From an uncultured bacterium (GTDB lineage: Bacteria > Patescibacteriota > Patescibacteriia > Magasanikbacterales > GWA2-37-8), in assembly GCA_937903605.1 (NCBI GenBank), contig CALCZC010000007.1, forward strand, positions 189,805 to 253,804: 64,000 nucleotides of DNA, read 5' to 3'. The translations under genes were made by a program, and so were the position numbers. The notes below the pieces were generated by a model. It did not search any database, was not told the origin of the DNA, and worked only from the letters and a program-made list of their open reading frames with translations. Each line of letters opens with the position of its first letter. Position 1 is the stretch's first letter. Shown piece after piece: positions 18,579 through 27,086 of the stretch.

Positions 18579-18699
18579 TCTTTTCCTCACACTAAAAACA
18601 CCGTAAGTTATAGACTCACGGTGTTTTTATTTTTCTTTACTAACTATCAGAACACTGCTACAATAAAACTATAAGTATAATTATTAATTTATTTAATAT

Positions 18700-19911
18700 A
18701 TGTACAAAAAATTTTTAATTTCTTCGGTAATAATGTTTTTTGGATTGGTTTTGCTCTCGGGTAAAACTATGGCCATGGAAGAAAAAAGTTTTGAGGATGG
18801 AACTTTGATAAAAATCAAAGGTCAAAAAGTAATTTATTTACTGGAAGAAGGTGTCAAAAGACCTTTTGCCAATTCCGATACTTATAAAAATTACGGATAT
18901 TCTTGGTATGAAATAAAAACTGTCAAAGAAGAAGATGTGGCAAATTATCAAACCGGTCCGGAAATCAAAACACCGACCGTACAAATAACCGCTGATAAAC
19001 TTTTTGTTCGAAAGTGGCCGTTGCGTTTTAGTAAAATTTTATTTACCGCACAAAAAAATGAAACTTACGAAATAGTGGACATGATGGGCTCTTGGTATAA
19101 AATCAAAAATAACGAAAAAATTCTAGGTTGGGTTTCTTCACGTTATACTGTTGTTTTGGATGAAGAGATGGATGACTTCGTAATTATCAAGAAAGAAGAA
19201 GCGAAGTCCCTCACCGAACAAAGTTCTGGTGACGGGAAAAAAATTGAATCAATCAAAACCGAAGAAGTCAAAACCGAACCAATTGCAAAAGAGCCGGTAG
19301 TGAAAGAATCTGCTCCGAGCAAAGCGCTGACTTTGAACTATCTTGGTAATGGAAAATTTTCCTGGAAAAAAGTCGGAACATTTTCACAAGGGTACAAATT
19401 AGTCTGGTCAAAAAATTCCAATCCGACATATCCTCTGCGCGATGGAGATAAATATGCTTTTTATTCCAATCCTGAAACATTAACCGGTTATGTAACGGCT
19501 TTTGCCGGTGAAGGAAAATATTATGTGCGAGTTTGTGAATATTTGGGTGGTAAGTGCGGCATATATAGTAACCAAGTCACAATTACGTTGCTTGGTGATA
19601 CTGAAAAAACAGTAGAAAAAGAAACAACTCAAGCCGTAACTTCAATCACATTAACTTCTTTGGGTGAAGGAAAAATCAATTGGAAAGTAAACGGCTACTC
19701 CAAAAGTGGTTTCAAAGTTGTTTGGTCACAAAACCCATCCCCTACTTACCCGACTCGCGACGGTGATCAATATCATTACTATTCGGAACCGACCCAAACC
19801 ACAGATACTGTAAATAATTTTGACGGCGAAGGAAAATATTATGTTCGGGTATGCGAATACTTGGGAGGAAAATGTGGAATTTACAGTAATCAAATAGAAG
19901 TGAATTTATAA
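18700..19911 (+). CDS. Secreted protein: N-terminal CPR-type module, SH3b-like domain and two ~85-aa Cys-containing repeats
   Basis: Signal peptide; WYKIK..GWVS SH3b; twice GEGKYYVRVCEYLGGKCGIYSNQ. Confidence 0.75.
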   Translation: MYKKFLISSVIMFFGLVLLSGKTMAMEEKSFEDGTLIKIKGQKVIYLLEEGVKRPFANSDTYKNYGYSWYEIKTVKEEDVANYQTGPEIKTPTVQITADKLFVRKWPLRFSKILFTAQKNETYEIVDMMGSWYKIKNNEKILGWVSSRYTVVLDEEMDDFVIIKKEEAKSLTEQSSGDGKKIESIKTEEVKTEPIAKEPVVKESAPSKALTLNYLGNGKFSWKKVGTFSQGYKLVWSKNSNPTYPLRDGDKYAFYSNPETLTGYVTAFAGEGKYYVRVCEYLGGKCGIYSNQVTITLLGDTEKTVEKETTQAVTSITLTSLGEGKINWKVNGYSKSGFKVVWSQNPSPTYPTRDGDQYHYYSEPTQTTDTVNNFDGEGKYYVRVCEYLGGKCGIYSNQIEVNL

Positions 19912-19960
19912 AAGATTTAAAACAAAAAAACCGCCGAACAGCTTCGGCGGTTTTAGTTTT

Positions 19961-20311
19961 TTATTCTTTACCAAACAATCGTTCAAATTCTTTATTACTT
20001 ATTAATTCTTTTAAGATGTCTTTTGCAACTTCTCTGTTTAAGTTTAATTTTTTTCCATCTATTTCTCCTGCTCTTTCTAAATCTTCTTTATAATTATCAC
20101 CGCCAAAATCTTCTTTTCCGGTTTTAACATAATTTTTTAACCAATCAACCGTCATTAAATAAACGGTGTGAAAATGTTCTTGAGAATATTTCAAACCATC
20201 TATTATCTGTTTTTTACCTTGTTCTATTCTCTCTTCCTCTTTCACTTTTTCCTCCATCCGCGATTGAACAAAGTCAGGATTATCTACGCCATAAGACTCT
20301 AAAGGATTCAT
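19961..20311 (-). CDS. Hypothetical protein
   Basis: 116-aa ORF ending at a shared terminator (19925-19955). Confidence 0.6.
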   Translation of the reverse strand: MNPLESYGVDNPDFVQSRMEEKVKEEERIEQGKKQIIDGLKYSQEHFHTVYLMTVDWLKNYVKTGKEDFGGDNYKEDLERAGEIDGKKLNLNREVAKDILKELISNKEFERLFGKE

Positions 20312-20390
20312 ATTATAAAAAATTAAAATTGGATTATATTATTAAATTAGCATAAAATATCCTTTTTTTCAAGAGTTCGCTAATTAAATT

Positions 20391-22496
20391 TTATAAATCA
20401 TCCAAATCTCGTAAAAAACTTCCCGGCCTTATTTTAGCTGGTTTGTCTATATAAGCGCTTTCCTCGGCTTCATAAACTACCCCGCTTATCGGATCGTTGA
20501 ATCTAGTTGAGTTTTCTGAAATTAACGATTTATCGTCCAACAAATCGTTATTAATTTCACTTAAAAACATACTTGGTCCGCTCAAACTATCACCCCATCC
20601 CCCACCAACCATTGGATAAGTCAAAAATAAATTATTCTTGGCACGTGTTATGGCCACATAAAACAAACGTCTTTCTTCTTCCAATCCTTGTGTTTCGCTA
20701 AGCGATCTATCACTTGGAAATGCACCGCTACTTAAATTGATAATAAAAACATTTTCCCATTCCAATCCTTTGGCTTGATGCACAGTAGATAAAATAATTT
20801 TATCTTTTCGTTCTTCTTGTTTATCTTCAATGTTTTTAGCTGTAAATCCTTCTTGTAACGCCGCTTCCGCCAAAAATTCTTCCAGTTTATCGTATTTTTC
20901 CGCAAACGTCATGAGTTGTTTGATGTCGGCTTTCCTGTCTTTGTAATCCAGATATTCATTTTCCAGATAATCTTTATAAGCCGAATCTAAAATTTTATTT
21001 ATCATATTGGCTGGAGTTCTGTCGCTAGTTAACATTTCATCCCAAATTTTCAAAAAGTTTTCAAAGCCTACCTGAGCTTTACCACCCAAAATATTTTTGA
21101 CTTCCGGCAGTTCTTCAATATTTTTTAAACCATTCACAAATTCCATGATTTTTTCCACTGCTGAGGGACCTATCCCTTCTTCGTGCAACAAAACTCTTGT
21201 CCAAGCAGCCAGGTCATTCAAGTTACTTACTATACGCAAATAACTGAGCACATCTTTGATGTGTGCGCGTTCAAAAAATCTCATTCCCCCGCGATAATCA
21301 TAGGGAATTCCGGCTTTGGTCAATTCCATTTCAAGCATTTGACTGTGCGCGCTGGCGCGAAAAAGCACAGCAATTTCACTTGGCGCTACATCTTTTTCCA
21401 AAAATTCCACGATTTTTTCCAACACAAAACTTGCTTCCATGCTTTGATCCATCTGCGGGCGAAGTTGGGGTTTCTCTCCCCCGTCTTTTATCGGTTTTAA
21501 ACTTTTTTTGTATTGTTTGGTATTGTAAGAAATAATATCATTGGCGATTTCCAAAATTTCTTTGGTACTGCGATAATTGGTTTCCAATTTAAAAATTTTT
21601 GCCTCCGGATAATCTCGTTCAAAATTTAAAATATTTTCTATATTGGCGGCACGAAAAGAGTAGATGCTTTGCGCATCATCACCAACAACCAAAATATTTT
21701 TATGCACACTGGCCAATTTTTTTATAATTTCCGCTTGAATTTTATTGGTATCCTGATATTCATCCACCATGATATATTGAAATTGCGTGGCAAATTTATT
21801 TTTTATTTCCTCATTTTGCAAAAGTAGTAACCAATTGGTCAGCAAATCGTCAAAATCCATACAATTGGCTTGTTTTTTGCGTTTTTCATATTCGCTCCAT
21901 ACATTTTTTATCTGGTCGGCCACGGCAAACCATTGCGGATATTTCAAATCCAAAACTTCTTCAATTGTTGTGTCGGCATTTTTGGCAAAAGAAATTATTC
22001 CTTGCAACACATTGGCCGAAGGATTTTTTTTGTCCGTACCGGAACTAAAAATATCTTTGGCGCAAAGTTTTATCAAACTGCGACTATCCTCACTATCAAG
22101 CACGGTAAATTTTTCTGTATATCCAATAACGTTCGCATAGCGTTTCAAAATTTTATAAGCAATACTATGAAACGTTCCGGCCCAAGGGAGAAAAGACTTC
22201 GGACTTCGGACTTCGGTCTTCGGACTTCTGTCTTCGTCACCTTCACTTTTCTGTAGACCGTAGACCGTAGACCGTAGACCGCTTACTCGTTCTATCATTT
22301 CTTTCGCTGCTTTGTTGGTAAAAGTCACAAGTAAAATATTTTCCGGTTTTATCCCCTGTTCCAATAAATAAGCTACCCTGTATGTAACGGTTCTTGTTTT
22401 GCCTGAACCAGCTCCGGCTAATACTAAACAAGGACCGTCACCCATATAGATCACGGCCAATTGTTCTTGGTTGAGTTCTTTGGAAAAATCAATCAT
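20391..22496 (-). CDS. ATP-dependent DNA helicase UvrD/PcrA family
   Basis: LAGAGSGKT, TFTNKAA, VDEYQD, VGDDAQSIYSFR, NYRS, STVHQAKGLE, EERRLFYVAITRA. Confidence 0.95.
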   Translation of the reverse strand: MIDFSKELNQEQLAVIYMGDGPCLVLAGAGSGKTRTVTYRVAYLLEQGIKPENILLVTFTNKAAKEMIERVSGLRSTVYGLQKSEGDEDRSPKTEVRSPKSFLPWAGTFHSIAYKILKRYANVIGYTEKFTVLDSEDSRSLIKLCAKDIFSSGTDKKNPSANVLQGIISFAKNADTTIEEVLDLKYPQWFAVADQIKNVWSEYEKRKKQANCMDFDDLLTNWLLLLQNEEIKNKFATQFQYIMVDEYQDTNKIQAEIIKKLASVHKNILVVGDDAQSIYSFRAANIENILNFERDYPEAKIFKLETNYRSTKEILEIANDIISYNTKQYKKSLKPIKDGGEKPQLRPQMDQSMEASFVLEKIVEFLEKDVAPSEIAVLFRASAHSQMLEMELTKAGIPYDYRGGMRFFERAHIKDVLSYLRIVSNLNDLAAWTRVLLHEEGIGPSAVEKIMEFVNGLKNIEELPEVKNILGGKAQVGFENFLKIWDEMLTSDRTPANMINKILDSAYKDYLENEYLDYKDRKADIKQLMTFAEKYDKLEEFLAEAALQEGFTAKNIEDKQEERKDKIILSTVHQAKGLEWENVFIINLSSGAFPSDRSLSETQGLEEERRLFYVAITRAKNNLFLTYPMVGGGWGDSLSGPSMFLSEINNDLLDDKSLISENSTRFNDPISGVVYEAEESAYIDKPAKIRPGSFLRDLDDL
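22195..22281. repeat. Heptamer arrays (gacttcg)n and (gtagacc)n inside the helicase CDS
   Basis: Encodes GLRSTVYGLQKSEGDEDRSPKTEVRSPKS just before WAGTFH. Confidence 0.85.
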
Positions 22497-22499
22497 AAC

Positions 22500-23078
22500 T
22501 TAACTTTGTGCCGGTTCTTTTAGGTCTACCACATTTTCTTTGTTTGTTTTATCTACATTTAACAACAATACTTCTAAATCCATAATTATTTTTTCCGGCG
22601 CACCCTTACTCTTAAACCAGAGCTCACTTATTTCACACAAATATTCTCCTTTTATTTTCCCTGTTTTCAAGTTAACGCTAACTTTCTGGCCAGTTTTTTC
22701 CTTTACCAATTTTTCCAATACCTGTTTAAGAGTCGGCTCCTTTGTTTTCTCCTGGTTATTAATTTCTTTTATTAATTTTTCCGTATAAATAGAAGTTCTT
22801 TCCAGCACTCTTTTGCGAACTCCTTCTTTATATTCTTGCCATTTTTTGGTATAGGCTATTTCTTCCACCTTTTCTCCATTTTGAAAATCAATATTTTCCA
22901 GATGGCCTTCTCTACCCTGGTTAGTTTTAACTAAAATATAACCGTCTTTTACTTTTGATTGAAAATCCTCATTGTGAGGATCGTAAACATCTACAAAACC
23001 GTCAACCGAACCTTTTTCGGAGACTTTTAGCCATTTTAAACCTTCTTTTTCCGGATTAAATTTTTCTCTTTCTGACAT
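22500..23078 (-). CDS. Hypothetical protein
   Basis: ORF abutting the helicase; start set at MSERE. Confidence 0.6.
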   Translation of the reverse strand: MSEREKFNPEKEGLKWLKVSEKGSVDGFVDVYDPHNEDFQSKVKDGYILVKTNQGREGHLENIDFQNGEKVEEIAYTKKWQEYKEGVRKRVLERTSIYTEKLIKEINNQEKTKEPTLKQVLEKLVKEKTGQKVSVNLKTGKIKGEYLCEISELWFKSKGAPEKIIMDLEVLLLNVDKTNKENVVDLKEPAQS

Positions 23079-23150
23079 ATTTTTTATTATTATTTTTAGC
23101 TTGATTATCATACCATATCATTGATTTTTTTCGCAAGACATGATAAAAAA

Positions 23151-23258
23151 CATACCAATATACTAATGTACGAATGATACTAATCAAATACTAATACTCA
23201 AATACGAATACGTATTCGTATTATATTCGTATAATTAGTACAATTCGTATATTAGTAT
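23151..23258. repeat. Inverted arrays of tacgaa/tactaa units
   Basis: atactaat/tacgaat ... attcgta/attagta. Confidence 0.75.
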
Positions 23259-23269
23259 AAATTTATTTT

Positions 23270-24445
23270 ATGTTTTTCGAAACACTTAAAAATGACAATC
23301 AAACCAAAGCCCGAACCGGCATTATCCATACCGACCACGGAGATATTGAAACTCCTGCTTTTATGCCTGTGGGCACCCAAGCTACCGTCAAAACCCTGGA
23401 CCAACAGGACTTGCTTGATATTGATGCGCAAATTATTCTTGGCAACACCTACCATTTGCATTTACGCCCGGGCGAAGATCTTATAGCTAGTCAAGGTGGT
23501 TTGCATAAATTTATGAATTGGAATCGCCCTATTTTAACAGATTCGGGTGGTTTCCAGGTTTTTTCACTGGGTTTGCAAAAAAAGATGAAAGGACAAGGCG
23601 GTTTGGTAAATATTGATGAGGAGGGCGTGACTTTTCAAAGTCACATTGATGGCAGTTCACACCGATTTACTCCCGAATCAGCGATTGAAATTCAACACAA
23701 ACTTGGCGCTGATATTATAATGGCGTTTGACGAATGTACTCCGGATACCGCACCACGCGAATATATAGAAGAAGCTATGCAACGCACTCACCGATGGGCT
23801 GATCGTTGTATCAAAGAACATCAAAAAAACACTGCTTACCACGGTTACAAACAATTTTTATTTGGTATTATCCAAGGTGCAGGAAACGAAGAACTCCGCA
23901 AAAAATCCGCACAATATATTTCCTCCCTTCCTTTTGACGGCATTGCCATTGGCGGAGAAAGTATCGGCTACAACATGGAAGCCACCAAAGATATTTTGGA
24001 TTGGGTTACGCCGATAATTCCGGAAAACAAACCTCGTTACACCATGGGTCTTGGACTTTCACCTCTTGATTTATTGATTGCTGTGGAGCACGGTGCTGAT
24101 ATGTTTGATTGTGTCGCTCCGACCCGTCTTGCCCGTCACGGCATGCTTTTTTGTCATTGCGAGAGTAACGAAGCAATCCCACAAAAAGATAAATATCGTT
24201 TAAATATAAAGAATGCCAAATTTGAAAACGACCTCTCCCCGATTGATCCAGATTGTACTTGTCCGGTTTGTAAAAATTATACACGCTCATATTTACACCA
24301 TCTTTTCTCCGCAGATGAAATGACCGGCATGCGTCTCTCCACCATTCACAATCTTTACTTCATGCTGAATTTAATGAAAGAAACACGAAAAGCGATAAAT
24401 GAAGACAGATTTACAGAATTACTCAACAAGTGGAAAACGGCTTAA
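23270..24445 (+). CDS. tgt: tRNA-guanine transglycosylase
   Basis: TPAFMPVGT, NTYHLHLRPG, LTDSGGFQVFSL, FGIIQG, DMFDCV, CTCPVC..HN zinc site. Confidence 0.96.
   Translation: MFFETLKNDNQTKARTGIIHTDHGDIETPAFMPVGTQATVKTLDQQDLLDIDAQIILGNTYHLHLRPGEDLIASQGGLHKFMNWNRPILTDSGGFQVFSLGLQKKMKGQGGLVNIDEEGVTFQSHIDGSSHRFTPESAIEIQHKLGADIIMAFDECTPDTAPREYIEEAMQRTHRWADRCIKEHQKNTAYHGYKQFLFGIIQGAGNEELRKKSAQYISSLPFDGIAIGGESIGYNMEATKDILDWVTPIIPENKPRYTMGLGLSPLDLLIAVEHGADMFDCVAPTRLARHGMLFCHCESNEAIPQKDKYRLNIKNAKFENDLSPIDPDCTCPVCKNYTRSYLHHLFSADEMTGMRLSTIHNLYFMLNLMKETRKAINEDRFTELLNKWKTA
24153..24179 (+). repeat. GTCATTGCGAG..CGAAGCAATCC REP-like unit in frame within tgt
   Basis: Encodes CHCESNEAI between HGMLF and RLNIKNA. 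Confidence 0.65.
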
Positions 24446-24516
24446 CCAAGCCGTTTTTACTTGCCCTGTACCGAACTTGTTCTGGTACAGGGTTACTTTA
24501 AATTAAATCCATTATT

Positions 24517-24603
24517 GTCCCGCTAAGCGGGACTATAACCTCGGCTTATCTTCGCGAGGCCCCGCTGAGCGGAGCTATATTGACGCTCAGCGCCGAGGTT
24601 GAC
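24517..24603. repeat. Compound GC-TNA-GC palindrome ending in a -35 hexamer
   Basis: gtcccgctaagcgggac; aacctcggc..gccgaggtt stem enclosing ggccccgctgagcggagc and gacgctcagcg. Confidence 0.75.
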
Positions 24604-24648
24604 AAAACCGCGAAAATGTGCTATATTTATTTGTTAGTTCATTACAAA
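24599..24648 (+). promoter_or_regulatory. sigma70 promoter plus boxA-like motif
   Basis: TTGACA-N17-TATATT, then GTTCATTACAAA. Confidence 0.65.
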
Positions 24649-24669
24649 TAACAAACAATGGAGAATATC

Positions 24670-25506
24670 ATGTTAAGTTTACTTAATGAGGTTATCTGGG
24701 ATTACATTCCCCTTCTCTTGACCGCCCTGGTTATTCTGCTTTCTATTTTGATCTGGCTTCAGATTAAAAACTATTTGAAGCAAAACAAAAAAGAACAAGT
24801 AGAAGTGAAGCAGGAAAAAAGTATCTTTGAAAAGAAAATCAAAAGAAAAGACCCTCTTGAAGAGGCGGTTCAAAAAGAAATTTCCCTTGACCCAAAAATC
24901 GTCCGTCTACAAACTCACTTTCTCAATGTTTTACGCAACTTGACTGTAGACGCCAAAGAATTAGGTTTTACCTATGATTCTGACACTATTCAATATCTCC
25001 TTGCTGACTGGGAAAAAGTTCTTACTCACTATCTGAAAAATATTCAGGAGTTTGAAAAAGCGGAAATCCCTTTCCTTCCTTGCATTCCTGTGAATCAGCA
25101 TAATCCGCGACAAATGATGGAAACTCTTTATCGCAACGGTTCGGTCTCGGGGCTTTGTAATATTGATATTCAGAAACTGGAACAAACTGTTCCTCTTCCT
25201 AAAAAGACTTACTGGATCTTTGGGGTAGACTTCAAAAAAACCGAGCCTGATAAAATTTTCTGTCATGAAAGAAAAGAAGGGCTGGCAATAAATGAATTAA
25301 TTTTTGCCGCATCTTTTGTTGAGGATTTATGGAGAAACAAAAACACCCAACTTTTCTCCATAATTACTCTTTCTGATAGAATCCCGCTGATTTTCCGGTT
25401 TAATCTCAGAAATGAGGTGCCGGAAATCAAGGCCTTCTCCGAAAAAGAAAGTGCCAGAGAATACTACCTGGCGACCTGCAAAGACCGTGTGTGCTTTGCA
25501 GAATAA
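24670..25506 (+). CDS. Hypothetical membrane-anchored protein (weak resemblance to DUF5701)
   Basis: GGAG before ATG 24670; N-terminal TM; PFLPCIP..YWIFGVD..GLAINE; terminator 25512-25540. Confidence 0.65.
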   Translation: MLSLLNEVIWDYIPLLLTALVILLSILIWLQIKNYLKQNKKEQVEVKQEKSIFEKKIKRKDPLEEAVQKEISLDPKIVRLQTHFLNVLRNLTVDAKELGFTYDSDTIQYLLADWEKVLTHYLKNIQEFEKAEIPFLPCIPVNQHNPRQMMETLYRNGSVSGLCNIDIQKLEQTVPLPKKTYWIFGVDFKKTEPDKIFCHERKEGLAINELIFAASFVEDLWRNKNTQLFSIITLSDRIPLIFRFNLRNEVPEIKAFSEKESAREYYLATCKDRVCFAE

Positions 25507-25545
25507 ATTTTGCCCGTCTCTTTTAGAGGCGGGCTTTTTTATTTT

Positions 25546-25619
25546 ACTGGGTTGACCCTGTGAAATATCGTCCGCCTTAGCGGACGATCCTGTTTATAAC
25601 AGGATTTCACTGGGTTGAC
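25546..25619. repeat. GTGAAAT..ATTTCAC branched palindrome, copy 1, with 11-bp direct repeat
   Basis: actgggttgac at 25546-25556 and 25609-25619; homologous to 42276-42342 and 48256-48320. Confidence 0.8.
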
Positions 25620-25664
25620 AAAAGTGTTAAATTGAGGTATGCTTAAGCATTCGTCCTTTAACAA
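25615..25664 (+). promoter_or_regulatory. sigma70 promoter plus boxA-like motif
   Basis: TTGACA-N17-TATGCT, then GTCCTTTAACAA. Confidence 0.7.
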
Positions 25665-25682
25665 CTTTTCAGGGAGTTTGTC

Positions 25683-26051
25683 ATGAAAACGGTCAGTTTA
25701 AAAGAGCTTAAGTCCTTCACTTTTGTCATTATCTTCTATCTGATTATCGGTTCGCTTTTGGTTTATCTCGGTCTTCCCGGCTATGTTCTGGGTTTCGTTT
25801 TGGCCGCCTGGACTTTGGCTGTTTTGTCTTTTGACATCAGAAACACACGACTGGCTATCGTTGACTCTTCTCGTCTTCTCTTAGGGTTAACTCCACCTTA
25901 TCTCATTTTCAACGGTCTTCCTTTTTTCACTCAGATATTCAAATACTACTTTTTCACCATCAGTACAGTCCTGGCCTTTGCCATTCTTTATTGGATGATA
26001 AAGGTCAAAGATGATTTGACCAACCATCCGGAAAAATTCTTGGACTACTAA
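25683..26051 (+). CDS. Hypothetical membrane protein (4 TM)
   Basis: SD AGGGAG; hydrophobic segments. Confidence 0.7.
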   Translation: MKTVSLKELKSFTFVIIFYLIIGSLLVYLGLPGYVLGFVLAAWTLAVLSFDIRNTRLAIVDSSRLLLGLTPPYLIFNGLPFFTQIFKYYFFTISTVLAFAILYWMIKVKDDLTNHPEKFLDY

Positions 26052-26066
26052 CTAAAGGAGAATACG

Positions 26067-26480
26067 ATGAAGAACTTACTGAGGAAAACCGAAAACGACC
26101 GGTTCAACGACTTGTTCTTCAATCTGGCTCTCGGACTTTTCGCTGGTTTTTTCAGCGGTCTAGGAATGTTCATGATGGTGAGCGACGAGCAAGTCATTTT
26201 GATGCTTGGGATGATGATAGCAACTATCGGGGTGTATTCGGTTTACACCCATGAATATAAGGCTGCCGCCCTGGTCTTTGCCACAATTCTGCCCATCATG
26301 ACCTTGGCCGCCTATCTCAAAATGGGGATCAAATACGATATTCCCGAATTGACAAGCGGTCTGCTCATTTTTCTTCAAGGATTTTTCTCTTCCCTTGTCC
26401 TAAGTATATTTATCGTTGCCTACCATCACGGTGGAAAAATGATAAAAGAGGATAAGGGCTATGGAGGCCCTCCCGAATAA
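26067..26480 (+). CDS. Hypothetical membrane protein (4 TM)
   Basis: SD AAGGAG; hydrophobic segments; terminator 26490-26525. Confidence 0.7.
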   Translation: MKNLLRKTENDRFNDLFFNLALGLFAGFFSGLGMFMMVSDEQVILMLGMMIATIGVYSVYTHEYKAAALVFATILPIMTLAAYLKMGIKYDIPELTSGLLIFLQGFFSSLVLSIFIVAYHHGGKMIKEDKGYGGPPE

Positions 26481-26526
26481 TGTTCTTTCAAAAAAACACC
26501 CGCCCTGTTCAAGGGGCGGGTTTTTC

Positions 26527-26844
26527 TTATTTAATTTCAACATCTACATCTGTCTCTCTATTTCCATGCTTAATCCCAATATCTCTTATGATTTTTAAAA
26601 TATGTTTATCTTCACAAATTCTTTTCAAATACTCATCGTCATTTTCCTCGGGTGAGAGTTTTGGCGGCATTTCTTCTTTTTTCAAATCAACCGACAAGCT
26701 TACATTTTCATCCAAAATATACTTCAAATAAAACTTTTTTGAAGTCGTGCCAAAATCTTTGTGTTTTTCCAAACAAAGAGTTACCAAAATCGGTTTTCCT
26801 TTTTCAAAATCGTTTTTTATTTCCCCTCTTTTTCCTTCATGCAT
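26527..26844 (-). CDS. Hypothetical protein
   Basis: 105-aa ORF converging on the bidirectional terminator. Confidence 0.55.
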   Translation of the reverse strand: MHEGKRGEIKNDFEKGKPILVTLCLEKHKDFGTTSKKFYLKYILDENVSLSVDLKKEEMPPKLSPEENDDEYLKRICEDKHILKIIRDIGIKHGNRETDVDVEIK

Positions 26845-26944
26845 ATATTAAAAATTTAATTAATCCTACCTTATATCTTATGCTTGTTTTTGAAAACTGT
26901 CAAAACTTGCCTTTCTTTATTTTTTAAACTAAACTGGATAGCAT

Positions 26945-27068
26945 CTCCCCTCTCCTTACAAAGCCTGGTCCCATACCGACCCGCAAGGGTCTGGTGTCGG
27001 GAGAGAGGGTTAGGGTGAGGTTAGGTTTGGCTTCCCTCTCCTTACGAAGGAAAGGGTTAGGGTGAGGT
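26945..27068. repeat. Two CCCTCTCCTT..AAGGAGAGGGTTAGGGTGAGG REP-like units, the first with an extra hairpin in its loop
   Basis: Direct reading; same family as 28625-28794. Confidence 0.8.
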
Positions 27069-27086
27069 CTTACTATATTATAAACT

